This document shows, piece after piece, positions 1 to 15,838 of a stretch of 64,000 nucleotides of DNA; within the stretch, counting starts at the first letter, position 1; the number at the start of each line of letters is the position of its first letter. Origin of the DNA: Octopus vulgaris. Its lineage: Eukaryota. The DNA is taken from the NCBI GenBank assembly GCA_951406725.2, contig OX597825.1, forward strand, positions 2,232,001 through 2,296,000, given 5' to 3'. The notes beneath the pieces were generated by a model. It did no database searches and was not told the origin of the DNA. It saw nothing but the letters and a program-made list of their open reading frames with translations. Position numbers and translations under genes: made by a program.

Positions 1-599
1 AGAAGAAAAAAAGGATTTGAAAGAGAAAAAGCGAAACCGTCTTCAAAATAATGAATAACGACGCAGAAATATAAACAAAAATATTTCCTTTTTTTTTCTT
101 TTTCGCCTTTTTTCTCGTTTTTGATTTGATTTACTTTGTTCAATTGCACTCAGCATCTTTGAATAATCGCGTAGCCGTCCGTAACGCGGTGGAGGAAATA
201 ATCAATAGACACAAGGCTCTGGCCGGCCGCAATCTGTCTGTGCCGTTCGTCGGCGAGACGTCGGGTGTTTTAGTGCCCCGTTCTATCGATTTCCTCCGCA
301 AAATAGGGACACCGACTTGAAAAATCCTCGCCACCCATTGAGGAAGCATCAGTTAAATATACTGTCACTGCTTTTGATTCGAATACGTTAGAATCCTGGG
401 ATCATCTTGTCATAAGTCTCTAACTTTCTCTTCCTTGATCCCTTTCACTTTCTGTCTATCTCTCTACCTATGTTGCTATTATTATCTTGTTATCCACCCA
501 CGTTCATGCAGGTACATGAGTAAATTCATGAGGTGATGGTGTGGCTCTGTCTCTCTGTCTCTGTCTGTGTGTCTCTGCCTCTCTCTATCTAAATTAACT

Positions 600-810
600 A
601 TTACTTAACCATCCTCTCACACCGTCTCAGATGAAGGGATATAATTAATAAATATCCTGGATACAGCTGTGATACCTTATATCAATAAATGCTCTAATAT
701 ATACACAGCCTTGTTTTTTTTTTATCTCATTACGCAAAAAAGTCCGATATATATATATGTAGTTGGAATTTACAAAAAAACAACAGACGAAGACAGGTGT
801 ATTAGTTTAA
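600..810. mobile_element. Degenerate Penelope-like pLTR remnants, including a decayed minimal hammerhead motif (628-671, +)
   Basis: CAGATGA-aGGGATAT-loop-ATATCCT-GGATAC-AGCT-GT resembles CUGAUGA/stem II/GAAAC-palindrome-GUH with two core mutations. 760-800 is the reverse complement of the tail seen at 40550-40605 and 47310-47357. Confidence 0.45.
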
Positions 811-816
811 ATCTCA

Positions 817-874
<58 letters not shown>

Positions 875-3225
875 GTGCCTGTCTTTCTGTCTATGTGCGC
901 AGTCTCAAATGCCTATGCATATACGTACGTAGGTGCTTAAATGCGCTGAAGTGTGTGTCTCCGTGTATACCTCGATAAAATGATGTGTATTGAATTGTGT
1001 CGATGCTCACGCCAAATAAAGCTAAGTCCTTCAATAAATAGCCATCGGTAAAATATGTTGACATATTACGAAAGGGATTGTTACAAGTTTTGGGAAGTAT
1101 ACTTTATACGAACCATTAGTCTGCAAAAGAATGAAGGCTCTTCAGTTCCTCTGTGATTGTAGACATTGAAGTTTTCATTGCTCAGCAATATTTGAGTAAC
1201 ACCGGTTTAGAGTACTTTTATCCATAACAGATAAATGGCAACGAATAGCATATATAGTAGAAGCAGACATTATTAGAATTTTTCATTGGCCATTTACTTA
1301 CGAAATATATTGTTTATAAAGAACTATAAATTAAATTTGTCGTATTTTTACTTTATGGAAACAGTGACATCTTCCTCCTGTATACTTTCGTTATTTCTAG
1401 ACTTTAAAATACAATAAATCATGGCATATACTGCAAATCAATGCAACTTTGGTAATATTGGTAGGAAATGAACAGCATAGGTTTATATATATTTTAATAC
1501 TATTGTTTCATATTTTTTCATTCACACACACATATATATATACCTGCATCTGTGTGTGTGTGCGTACGTGTGTGTGTGTGTGTGTACACAACATATATTT
1601 AAAAAGAATATATCAATAACGCTTAGACTTTTATTCTATGTCGGTGTTAGCAAATATGTGAACCACAACAGGTCAGCTATAAAAATCTGCTTTTAGATTT
1701 TGAGAATTAAAGATGTCAAATATAATCCGTAAGGTTATGATTTATGCAATCTAGTTCGATTTCTGATAGCATTTATTTGATTTTATAGAGTATTTTCCAA
1801 AACTGATATCAAGTTCAGACTTCCTTTCTTCATATAATAACATCTTCGCTCATAGAAGCATGGAGTAAGTGATTTCATTCTCTTTATTTGTCGAGACTCG
1901 CTGAACCAGAAAAATATATACAGATCCCTGTTCATAAAAGGTTTGCTGACTTAAAGAAAACAATTGAAGCATGACATCTTGTGGACATATGTGTATGCAG
2001 GTATCTTTAATCCAGTCTAGAATTAAATAAAATCAATACAAAATCAAGAAACGGTAGACTGTTATTTACCATCTGCACGGATACTGCAGTAAAATAATTC
2101 TTCAAAGCTGCCACAAAAGTCGACAAATTATAAGAAGAAAGTTTTCACTATTCAATTTTGGAAGTCAAATTTTTAATTGGATTGTACAATTATTCACATA
2201 ATTATAGGTAGCTTGTCTAAATCTCCTTCTTTTGTTCATTCCAATGTTTCACTCTCCGTATCTTATTCATTTATATTTCTACTGAAATTTTAATTTATTC
2301 TGGTCATATTATTAGTGGACTACATGCCAATATTTTATCCTTCAATAATGATAGTGTAGAAAATAATTGTGGTTTTCTGATCCTGGTTTTCGTGACAAAT
2401 ACCAAAACTCTCTTTAGAAGATTAGAAATTTTCAGACACGTGTCTCCTGATTATATTCTCAATGGGAGTTGCCAAAGTCCCTGAATCTATATCAGAAGGA
2501 AATCATAATAAAATAAATCTGTGTGATATTAAATAAATCAGACAACAGCTGTAAACTGACTAACTTGCCCACCAGACATATTTAGCCATGTTTTGTGTTC
2601 AATTCAAATACGTTATAAGAAAGCCCTGCGTAGCATTTCTCACATTACATCAATTTATTCATAACAGACATAAAATATTTTATAAATAAATACAAGAATG
2701 TTGATATTTTGCCGGGAGTCTCCTAGAAAGTTCAAAAGTATATTGTTTCTCTTGTAAATTTCATTTTGCTATGCCAGCTAACTGGGTCAATATAGCAACA
2801 TTCGAAGAAACTAAAATAAAAGAAAATGTCTGAAATAAAATGGCAATTTGATATTGGAAGTAAAAGGAGATTAGTCGACGCATAAGTTGAGATATTTTTC
2901 CAAAGCAACGCTCACTAGAAATTTTTTTTTTGTTTTTTGCAGTATTTGTATTGCTTTGAAATTATATATTATGATATTCTCTCAAGGAAGTGTGTAAGTA
3001 AGACATTCTTTAAACAATCCTTATTTTGTTACATGCATGCATAATGGTGCTTATGCCTTACATTTATAGAGATATGAATGTATAAAAGACATGCAGAAAC
3101 CCTTTTCCTCTGTTTGATGTTTTTATATAATTATGTTTAAGAACTTTATTACAAAAATTCAAAAATATGTGTGTGTGTATGTGCGAATGTATATATGTAT
3201 GTATGCATGTATGTATGTATGTATG

Positions 3226-3271
<46 letters not shown>

Positions 3272-3965
3272 CACAATACATATTTTCTTTTATATTTATT
3301 TATTTATTTATGCCGTGTGTTTTTATTCAAATGCACATATACAATACATATTTGCATACTTATACGATACAATAGTTATTTCGTTTCATTCTCGTATGAC
3401 AATGATTATGCTATATACTTATACAGATATGCTTATACATACGTCCATGTTGCACATTGCTAAATATCTCGTATGGTTCTGAATGTTCAGGAGACAAATG
3501 TGAGACATTCAATTATATGTTCTATAATGAAAAAAAACGAAAGCTGGCCAATAGGGAGAGATTTTATTAAGATCAGTTGTGTGTCATTAAAATAATTTTC
3601 ATTCCAGGCACTTAACCGAAAAAGAAGGGCCATCAATTGCTTTCAGTTCAACTGGATGACTGGAATACTGTACTTTCGCGCGTGGGATATTGTTTATAGT
3701 TTTCGGCTTGTTATCATTCAGTCGTTGGTTCATTCACCGAAATAAGCATGGAGTTGTATTCTTGAGCAAGAAAATTCCTTTCGAATCGTTCCAGTACGCT
3801 CAGCTACCAATGAGTGTCACGTGACAGTTGACAGTTTGTGCAGCTTTCTCAGTCTCTCCATGTTTCCCATCATGAATATGACACTCGATCAAAGGTGAGG
3901 TAATCACATCAACATTGGCACGTAAAGCAATTCGTAAAATCATACAAAGTATTGGTTTCCAATTT

Positions 3966-4132
3966 TGCCACAAGGCCAGCGGCTTTTGGGAGGTGCTAAG
4001 TCGATGGAATCGGCCTCACTGTTCAACTTATACTTATTCTATCGACATCGAAACAATGAAAGCCAGAGTCGACCCTGGTGGTATTTGAACTCAGAACGTA
4101 AAGACGAACGAAATGCCGCTGAGCTTTTTGCC
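3966..4132 (-). mobile_element. tRNA-derived SINE, family B (Deu/Nin-type central domain), degenerate
   Basis: Reverse complement of the 58865-59070 copy: ...GAAAGCCAGAGTCGACC...ATTTGAACTCAGAACGTAAAGACGAACGAAATGCCGCT. Confidence 0.75.
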
Positions 4133-7100
4133 ACTATCCTGAAATCATCCTACTTATTACTAAGTCATACCAGCTTGCGAGGGAAGGAAGTTTCTACTTT
4201 TATTGAAAGTTCATTACAGTGTTTATAGATAACATATTTTTGTAGGAAAAAAAGCTTGAATTTTCTGCCCATAAAAATTTCTACGAAAGAGAAACAGGCA
4301 TCTTTGAGAATATTCATCGCAAAATATTTAAGAATATTTAATGCAGCATTTTCAGGGATTTCGTTGTTGCACTTGTCTAACTTGTGACCTGATCTGCATA
4401 ATTACAGAACCGACGCATTTATATCATGAAAGGACAAATGAAGAAATTTTATCGCTAGAGAAATATTCAAGCCATTTAGCAATTCACAAAACTGTCAAAT
4501 TCACTTTAAATTTATTTCATGAGATGTCAAATTTTGCCTCGCAATGCTGCGACCTTGTTGCACAGTTCATATTTTGACACCTCCCGAAATAAATTGAAAG
4601 ATAATTCAAAAGCTTTGTATTATTTTAAATGGCTACGATGGCTCTTCCCAACTATAATAACTTCAACAACATTCAAGAATAACAGAGCATCTACAAAACC
4701 GCTTATACTATAGCTGGATACAATCAAAGTAATTTCAATTGTGTTATAAAGAAAAGCTATAAGTGACATATACTGTTGTATATTTTAACAATGAACATAA
4801 GTTGACGAATGCACTCAGAGACAATAAAAGAAAAGGATAAAATAATTAGTTGTTAAATTTTATGTTCTTTTTCTTTCCCGTTGTCTAAGTCATACATCCA
4901 TCTATATTTAATACGTGTTCTGCCATAGCTTGTATCCATTCTCATTAAAATAGTAACGAATTTCCAGTCATTAGAAGTTTCCTTATTTATTTAATCATAA
5001 TGTTGTGGATCATAATGTTGTGGAAACTTAATGATGTTGTGAGTAATCGGAATAGTAATTATTAATGCGCTTGACTGATTCACTATTATATAAACAAATC
5101 TTAATATAAATGAGTTAAGAAGGAATTTATACAATTTATTGTGCGTTAATTGGTCTGCTGATAAAAGAATATGTCCGCACTCTTTTATATTGCCGTAAAT
5201 GAGAGAGTGGGTGAATTTGTGTGAAGTTATGACGTTAATGAGACTGAAATTCAGTTCGAATTGAAGCTGAAGTAAAAACTGAAGTAGCAATTAAATGCAG
5301 GGACATTGCTTATTTAAACAGAAGCCAATCTTAGTCTGTCAGAACAACGATCAAATGTATTTCAGGTATCTTTTGTCTCAAGTAGTCTATCTAGAAATGC
5401 TTTACCAATACATTCTTCTCTATTGTTTATCTCCAGACTAGTCCTAAACCCCTCATACCATTGGCCATTTGCATGTTGGCCGTAACTGTAAAGTTCTCCT
5501 CTTTGTGCCTCTTTTATTTTTGCAAAGCGTTTAGGAATCTATTAACATATATAGTATTACTTTTGTTAAAGGACTATATTTTCTTCTCATATAAATTTAG
5601 TCAGTATTTCTACATATACGAACTGAAGACGTGTGCCATCATTCGTTCCCTTAGTCGTTATATCCTCGCAGCCGTTATTATCGTCTTACTCGTTGTTGTC
5701 AACCTCAGATCCGGCAGATTTATTATCAAAAGAACTACCAACAGTGAACATATCATTGTTTTCTCATTCAATTCATACATTCGATCAAGAACAATAATTT
5801 TGTATGCGTAATTCCTTTTAAAAGGCATCCGAAGAAGTAACGCGCAGCAAATTCAACTGCTACGCCGTGTAAGAAGAACGATCAGATAAAGTTTCATTTC
5901 TTGACTCGTAATATAGAACGAAATGAATAAAAGGATGCCATGTTTTTGTATGCCATCTCTCCATAATACCTAATAGAAATTGCTGATAGTGGGGGAAGCA
6001 AAGCTATTGTGTTGGAAGATTGTAGGCTATATTCTCAGCAGATTATGTGATGATAATTTAATATGATTTCACATAATAAAGACCGACATCTAGCGATGTG
6101 AGTGTTTCCTTTCATAAGATATTCTTTCTAACCAAAGATACCTCAGCATCAAACTCCACCATTCTTATCACAGTGCGGTCTTCAATAATTGCAGGGAATA
6201 AATATGTTAGAGTTGTTGACTTTTAAAGTGGATTTCATATGGTGAAGCCGAAAATAAGGATCATAGAAGGGAAATACAATAATGAGCAATCACCCCATCA
6301 CGTGCTGATTGAATATTATGGAGGGCTATAAGTTGTGATGTACACAACATTTTCTTGGCTGTGAAGAAATAGCCCAGTCTTTGAATTATAATTTTTGTGC
6401 TGTTAAGGACGTCCATTCGCTTGGAGCAATCCCTGGCGCTCTTTTAACTTGTATGCTAACGTCTTAAAAAATGCACGGCCCACTGCATAATCTAGGCGTA
6501 GGGGAGTGATGTTTGGATAAGAAACGATTCGATATTCGTGGCTGGAATTCATTCCATCATGTATTTTCTCCACTATATATTTCTTTAATTTATCGTGAGA
6601 AGCCGGGAAGAAAATAATCTTGTGTGAAACGTAGGCTTATTATAAAAGTGCTGGAATGTTAATCGTCATACGATGGATACGTTTGGATTTATATTTTGTC
6701 ACCATGGATAATACCAAGAAATATGGTATGCATAAATTAATAATCCTAATTTAACTTTTATTAAATCCCATGATGCTTATACAAAATGATGAAACGAATA
6801 ATAATATTTATTGAAAGGCAATTTGATAAACCATTATTCAAAGACTAAAAGAAAAAAAAAAAAACTGCAGACAATATTATTCTCCATATTGATTTATTAT
6901 CATGGAATTCCAGGCGCGTGCACACATTCTCTGCTTGTTTGTTTGTCAATCTGTCTCTGCACCTATGATTCTTTCTCTCACGCTTTTTTCACTGTGTATA
7001 TAGAGTTCATTAGTTGTAGAGTTACTCATTGTCTGCCACAAAGCCTAGTATGTGTACTCCTCTTTCAGCTCCTTTCGTAAATCTCTATATTTCGTTTTCA

Positions 7101-7212
7101 CACTCTCTCTCAAACTCTGTCTGAATGCGACCAAGCAATTAGTAAAAAATAGACATAATTGTAGTGCATTTGACCTTGCTAAATGTAGTTATGCAATTTG
7201 TGATAAATAAGT

Positions 7213-7620
7213 ATATATATATATATGGCGGTTGTCTACTCCTTATGCAGAGTTTGACCACCTCCTGTACTTGAACCTTAGAACCATCATGGCAGCTGAT
7301 GTGGCCTTTTAAACCAGACAATGTTCTGAAAGGACACTCACATAGATTGCACATCCGAGTTGGACCACCAAAAGCTACAGATAAGTTCTGATTTTTGTGG
7401 ATCTTAAATGTCTTTTGAGGTCTCCGTTACATTTGCGAACCTTCTAGCATACACAGCATTCAAACGCGTGCAGATATATATATAGGCAGAATAGTTGGTA
7501 GATGCTTCTTTTTCTGTGTTCGCAAATGAGATCTGAACCGAGCAAGAGGAAGGTATGGTCTGTCACAAACTGTGCTTGGTTGCATATCGAACAGTGTTGC
7601 GGTCGCTGTTGCTGAATCAC
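7213..7620 (-). mobile_element. 3' end of an RTE-clade LINE with C-terminal C2H2-like zinc fingers (decayed)
   Basis: Minus strand encodes ECCVC*KVRKCNGDLKRHLRS and CNLCECPFRTLSGLKGHISCH, then a short 3' UTR ending in (TA)n. Stops and frameshifts are present. C2H2 tails are known in RTE ORF2. Confidence 0.65.
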
Positions 7621-9907
7621 GCGTGAGTCCCGTGAAGATACTGCAAATAATTTAAATAAAATCACGGATGTGAAAATTTCCTTTCCTCTAATCGTTATTA
7701 ATACTATACCCCCACACACATATTATTTCAGGAACACTAAATTTTATGCACTTCTGTGGACAGCTTCTTTAACGTTACCTCCCACCAGTTTACTGTAGCA
7801 TGACTCACATGACAATTTTCTGCTTTCAAGAGTGTTGTGGATTGTAGCAGGGAGATAAGTCTGTTCATACCGGGTACCTGATCAGAAAGTTTGTCACAAG
7901 CTGATTCTACAGATTGTGCATATGTCACATGGGCAGGTTTCCTACAGGTTTAAATAACAATTATACAATTACATTATCAAGCTTTATGTCAACCTCATGT
8001 TATATTAAAATGCCCTTCAGAAAAATGGCGCTCAGTAGAAATTAAAAACGGAAATACGTACTTGCGAAGAGACATTTTAAACCGTACACCAAGATTGCAT
8101 TCAGCCTATTTATACCTAAGTTGAACGTATTTACCTAAAATGGTTTATTTCCATTAGTATTTCTCTTATTCTCTCCAACGAAAACTTATAATTCTCTTCA
8201 TAAATTCTTGTAAATTGTTAGACATGTCATGTTTCGACCACATCTTATCACTAATGCAACAGTCCTGTCTAACGAAAACAATCATTATCCATTTCAAACA
8301 TTTATATTTTCTATTAAGACTTGTCATCTTTTCTAACATTACGCAGACAAATAGTCATCGACGAGATTTTATTTTCAAGAATTTCTTAGCTTCTAAATGA
8401 ATTCGATTTATAAGTTAGAGCCTCACTATATTACTCTATAATACATTGAAAATTTATAGTGTATTTAAATTGTGTCATCATTTCATATACCTGTAGATCA
8501 TGACGTGTTTCAGAACATGACAGACATAACACTGTCTCGTGTCACATACATCATTAGTAGTAGTCGTGTTACTCGAAGACGCGCCATGCAATCTGGACAT
8601 AGGCTCAAATGTCTTACTTTAATCTTCCACAATGACAACGAATATATATTATTTTATGATATTTTACAATGTATGTGAAGGTATCCGTAAATAGTGATTT
8701 AAAATTATAGTCTGATGCGTTTTAACTGGACATTTTTTCTGTGTGGAATATTTAAACAAATGCATTTTGCAAAGTTATAGAATTGCAATTAAGCTGTTTC
8801 CCAAATACTGATTTGGTGATATCTGCGTCCCTCATAAAATATCTTTGAACGATTTAGTGAACAAGGGCACTGAAAGAAATTCAAATTTTTCATCCAATTG
8901 CAATCCAAATGCTTATTCAAAGTCCTGCAGTATTCAAACATGTGCTTCACTGTAGATTTTGACTAAAGTGATTCTTATGTGAAAAAGAGTCTTCATTAAA
9001 GTATAGAAGTTATATGATAATCATCTCACATCAATAATTACAGTAGACATGTAGCTACAAGCACAAATGGAGAACAAATGCTTGGATTGTTCCACCTTCA
9101 AGAAATTGAGACTAAATTCGTTTCAAATTACAAAACAATCCCAAAGGAGCGGGGGTCACTTTGGATCGTGTTATCGAAAATACATTAAATATTTGCAAGA
9201 AGATGCTGGGCGTTCCTTTCTGGAATTTTGTGAAAATACATTTGAACGATAAGTGCACACTTCAGCATGAACAACACCAGCATCACATAGAGAAACACCT
9301 GTCGTTTATATAAATGATTATGCACACATACATATATATGTCTATATACGTGTGTGTGTGTGTGTGTGTGTATAAACAGACGCCTACGTATATATCTGAA
9401 AACAATTTTATCAGAATGATAGTTTTGCTGTCATGATAATCTATTGCCAGAATTATTCATAACTCATTCATGGAACAAGTTAAAAGAATGTTAGTCAATA
9501 ATATTTCGGAGATTTTGCATTAAAATTTTAGCACAGAAAATGTATTATCACTGTTTCGATCTCGATTCATTCCTCTGCAGATCGATACACATGGCTCTCA
9601 CTCTTTTCATTTCACTTAATTGAGAGAGTGGAGATAGAAAACGTTCGAACTGTCTCTATAATCAACAATTTCCCCAACAGCTCATAACTCTCTTCAGTCA
9701 CAATGCAGCTCTCCATGTTTAACAAAACATTCAAATATGATATTTCAATTATCCGAAGTTTATATGAAAAATATAGGTTGATTTTGATAAGAATATTTTG
9801 AGGTCAATGTCACTGAAAATCAAAGGAGAAGTACAAACCTTCAACTTTTATCAATTCTTTTAATTTGTGATGATTTGCCTTAAGAGAATTTAAACTGTGT
9901 GCATGTA

Positions 9908-10390
<483 letters not shown>

Positions 10391-10577
10391 TAAAAAAGAA
10401 TATATATATATATATATTTATATATGCAAGAAAATAGCAACAAGAATGGATTAGTTGTTCAGTACAATTGTTTCATACGACGAACAGTTTTATTAATACC
10501 ATAAAGATTTCTGGTGCATCTAAGTTAAGTACCACATTCATGTGAATTCATTGGAACTCACTTGAATCTTAATTGTT

Positions 10578-10701
<124 letters not shown>

Positions 10702-10740
10702 GTATATATATATGTATATATATATATATGTATATATATG

Positions 10741-10773
<33 letters not shown>

Positions 10774-10843
10774 GTACATATGTGTGTATATGTGTGTATA
10801 TGTATGTATTTATATTTATAACTTCACCTTATGAACTTTCTAA

Positions 10844-10968
10844 ACTCTCTGACGAAGCCCAGAGACACACCTAAGTATCTTAATCTTATCCAACAAATAC
10901 TTCAGTTCACTGAAGGGATGGAAGTAGAGTGGTTTACTATAGCCTCTCGGCTGAAACAGCTGTAAGAT
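10844..10968 (+). ncRNA. Candidate minimal type-I hammerhead ribozyme with a very long loop II (PLE pLTR)
   Basis: TCT-CTGACGA(10849-55)-AGCCcAGAG...CTCTcGGCT-GAAAC(10953-57)-AGCT-GTA-AGA. The core is canonical and stem III is palindromic. Confidence 0.55.
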
Positions 10969-11669
10969 ACAATCCTATTTTCTATGGTCTACGTTATATA
11001 TTTTAATAATTACTGGTATTTTTATATATTATATATGTAAAGCATAATATGTTGTACATCTATATATATTGTTACATTTTTTTAAAACTAAATAAATAGA
11101 CATGATATGATATCTAAATGTTGATGAATACCAGCCCTTGATCCCCTTTATTTTTTTTATTGCTGTATAAATTAAGGGTTAAAAAAAACTTATTACCTTC
11201 ACGTATTTATTACATTCAGTAGTGTAATTGCCATGCAATAAAAAAACCCTCTTGTGTATTAATTAGGTATTCTACCAGCAGTATATTGGATAGATATTAT
11301 CTCTTGGTTGGATACTCTTGGAATTATATCTATATGTATGTGTGAGCGCGTGTGTGTGTGTGAGTATGTATATATATATATATAGGTTTGTGTGTGTGTG
11401 TATAACTGAAGAGGTAGACTCAGAAACAAAGTCTAGGTCAATTAGCAAATTCCCAAACTGAAAACACATAAGCGTAAAATCCTTCAGGTATTTTTTAAGA
11501 TACGTTTACATTAATACATGTTAATACAGATCAATACAAATCTATAGATATTAAAGTATAGCATATAAATATATAAATCAAAATAGAAATAAAAAGAACT
11601 TAAAAGTATGCGAGGTGAAAATATGGCGAGTACCAACGAAAGAGAACGCATTAACAGAAATAGAGATTA

Positions 11670-11861
11670 TTTTCTACTCTAGGCACAAAGCCCAAAATTT
11701 TGGGGAAGGAGGACAGGCGATTAGATTGACACCAGTACGACCCCGAAGTGATGAAAGGCAAAGTCGAGCTCGGCAAATTTGAACTCAGAACGGAAAGGCA
11801 GGCGAAATACCGCTAAGCATTTCGCCCAGCGTGCTAATGTATCTGCCAGCTCGCCGCCTTT
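11670..11861 (-). mobile_element. SINE family B
   Basis: GATGAAAGGCAAAGTCGA...TTTGAACTCAGAACG...GAAATACCGCTAAGCATTTCGCCCAGCGTGCTAA...CTGCCAGCTCGCCGCCTT. Confidence 0.9.
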
Positions 11862-11887
11862 TGACGATAGAAATAGGGACTGAAAAT

Positions 11888-11998
<111 letters not shown>

Positions 11999-12224
11999 CA
12001 TATATACATGCATACATACATACATACATACATACATACATACATGCATGCATGCATGCATACATACATACATACATACATACATACATGCATGCATGCA
12101 TACATACATACATACATACATACATACATACATACCTACATGCATGCATACATACATATTTATACATACATACACAGACACACACACACACACATATATA
12201 CATATACACACACGCACTTGTAGC

Positions 12225-12515
12225 TTTTTCTCTCATTAGACCCGCAGTTGAGCTGGGACATCCTCGTTTTAATCTAGATGAACAAATCGATTCTAGTACA
12301 TATTTGTCTTTTTATATCGATTATTTTGTTGATCCGCTAAATCACTGAGCCGTATACGAAACAATACGGATTGTCAAGCGTTGAGAGGGTCAAACAGAGA
12401 CACAAAGACACCCCTCCAAACCAACACAACCCAATTATATACAGGGAGCAATCAACAGAGCTTCTCTCAACTAGATTTGCTCACAGCTGACTTGTACAAT
12501 CCGTGCTATATACCG
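12225..12515 (-). mobile_element. Highly decayed SINE family A
   Basis: Patchy similarity to 13545-13895 (GAACAAATCGA, CTAGTAC, TTGTCAAGCG, CAAACAGAGACACA). Confidence 0.5.
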
Positions 12516-13544
12516 GTCGATTGGTAGAATTGTTAACTCCTTGCATTTTTCATTCGGTTCATTACGCTCAAGTAAAAAACTCGCTGGTGCTTCATTGCTC
12601 GTTGCTCTTACTTCGATGAATACAAATACCAGTTGACTATTCGGTCAATTTTATAGAATTAAGTCTCCATACAAATTTTTTTAGTTTCTTTTAACTTTAC
12701 GCATATATTGGAAATGGAAAGGATTTTGGATCGGCAGAATCATATCACAACCAGAAAAAAAAAAGGAGAAAGCAATATTTGTGCTATCGATAACTGTTTG
12801 AAGTATCAGCCTTTTTGAAATACTCGGATAACTTTTTGAAGTACTCAGATGAGGATAATCTCCAATACCACTCTTCCCAACGCCTTCTAACTAACAGAGA
12901 AACGCTATTTCTAGTCCTCGCAGCATTACTGTCTATTTATCAACACGAAGCACGCTTGTTAGAAACACAATTTATGACTTTGGAATCATAAAATTCACCA
13001 GTTAATGATTATAAAATTTTCTATTTAGAATTATCTAAATTATCTATGTTATCATCGAAACTATAATATATAAAAATTTACAAATATATATTAAAGAAGC
13101 AGAAACAAAATATAAATAAATGTCACTAGAATAAACACCGCATACAATTATGTTCTTCAACGAATATTGAGAATACATATATGTCACACACACAAACACA
13201 GGTACACACACATACACACACATATGAGCTATAAATTGTATACCAGCTACACACATCTATTTATAGATTAGATTTGACAATTTCCAATTCAAAAGGTGGC
13301 ATTTTGCCGAGACTAAAAAGTCTGATGTGTACACGGCTGATCGATTAGTAGACTTAGTAAAACGAGTAACCAAATGACTTGTGGTGTTTCACTACGATCT
13401 GTTGTGTTCTCGGTTCAAATCCAACCACAATAAATTTTATGCGAAAAATACATTTCAAAGTGTAAAACTAAAATGTTACTTGTGCGGCAAATCTGTGAGT
13501 GTGCCCTGGTTATAGATCATTGTACACAGACAGGCATATAAAAA

Positions 13545-13895
13545 TTCTTTTACTTGTTTCGGTCATTTGATTGCGGCCATACTGGAGTACCGCCTTTAGT
13601 CGAACAAATCGACGCCAGGACTTATTCATTGTAAACCTAGTACTTATTCTGTCGGTCTCTTTTGCCGAACCGCCAGGTCATGGGGAAGTAAACACACATA
13701 CATCGACTATCAAGTGATGTTGGGGGACAAATACAGACACACACACACACATATATATATATATACGATGGGCTTCTTTCAGTTTCCGTCAACCAGATCT
13801 ACTCACAAGGCTTTGGCCGAACCGAGGCTAAAGTAGAAGACATTGGCCAAAGGTGCCACGCAGTGGGACTGAACCCAGGACAATGTAGTTGGTTT
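13545..13895 (-). mobile_element. SINE family A (CORE-type), near full length
   Basis: Reverse complement of the 10022-10390 copy, e.g. TTTCAGTTTCCGTC and GGTGCCACGCAGTGGGACTGAACCC. Confidence 0.9.
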
Positions 13896-14242
13896 GCCTA
13901 GATGAGGAAGGCCTCACAATTCAGCAGAGAAGTCTCACACAGTAATGTTGGTAACTTGGCTGGAATAATGCATTCTTTCAGGAATGAATAAAAAATACTC
14001 AAACTTGAGGGGATGGGCCCCTTAGATACAAACACGGGTTCTCATATTGCCATCGGGTAAGCTGGCAAACTGACCAGTCCGCCACTGGCTCTAAGTCCCA
14101 AGTTTATACGTGTTCCTCGTTAGAATAAAATCAACATAGGATGTGATTGCTCGAAATTGAAATGCAGCCATAGATGCGTGACTAAATTCATACACGCATA
14201 CATATATATATATATATGTATGTATGTGTACATATATTTATG

Positions 14243-14294
<52 letters not shown>

Positions 14295-14309
14295 CACACA
14301 CACACACAG

Positions 14310-14382
<73 letters not shown>

Positions 14383-14716
14383 CGCACGCTTTGTTTGAAG
14401 CTATATATATAAATATAGTACTACTTGAAATGTTTCCTGAGTTTTAGCAGAGACTTAGTACAGATAGGATATATCTAGGCTATATTAATGGACAGGAAAA
14501 TAAGCATCAGCTGGACCAGCCTATCCCATCCTATCAGAATACTGTTCATACTGAAAATGTGGTAACATAAGACTATATGCAGAGTGTTCGCTAAAAATAA
14601 CTAATATAGTCGGCTGTAATATCTAGCATTGAATCAAAATGCTGTTTACGCACCCAATGTATACATTCATACATACCTAGGTATGTATGTACGCACGTGC
14701 TTATATACATACATGC

Positions 14717-14830
<114 letters not shown>

Positions 14831-14963
14831 AATGTATATATGTATATGTATATATGTGTACATGCATGTGTGTGTACGTGCATTGTTGGGGGAGAAAAGA
14901 AGAGCGAGAGACATCCTGACTCAAAAGAATTAGTAGAGTAACTAATATCACAAAAATACCACC

Positions 14964-14994
<31 letters not shown>

Positions 14995-15349
14995 CCACCA
15001 CCACCGCCGCCACCGCCACCACCACCACCACCACCACCACCACAACCATTACAATGATAATTATGAAATACAAGAATATTTTAGTGTATATTAGACTTAA
15101 TAAATATATTCAAGATATCTGAATATTTCAACTTAGGGATGCAGAACTTTCAAACATTTGTTGAAAACAATATTTATGATTGGGTTGTCAGTAGCACAAT
15201 TATGAAATTATCTCGACACTGGGGAATCGTTGTGATATGCTCTTTGAAATTCTATGCCATTATTCGATGATAAAGTCATAAATAACGAAGCACACACACA
15301 CAAACACAGACGCCTGACTGAAAAATTTGCCACTTTCCTATGCTGTGAA

Positions 15350-15838
<489 letters not shown>

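Noticed and set aside
3807-3826. CCAAT followed by the palindromic E-box TGTCACGTGACA
   Set aside because: It lies at the end of an apparently decayed SINE-like segment, and there is no other promoter support.
5960-6560. Faint resemblance to PLE RT (IADSGG) and a transposase (PLDYAV-like)
   Set aside because: The matches are too short and degenerate to call without a profile search.
13900-14120. Possible LINE 5' UTR with an HDV-like ribozyme
   Set aside because: I could not build the nested double pseudoknot by eye.
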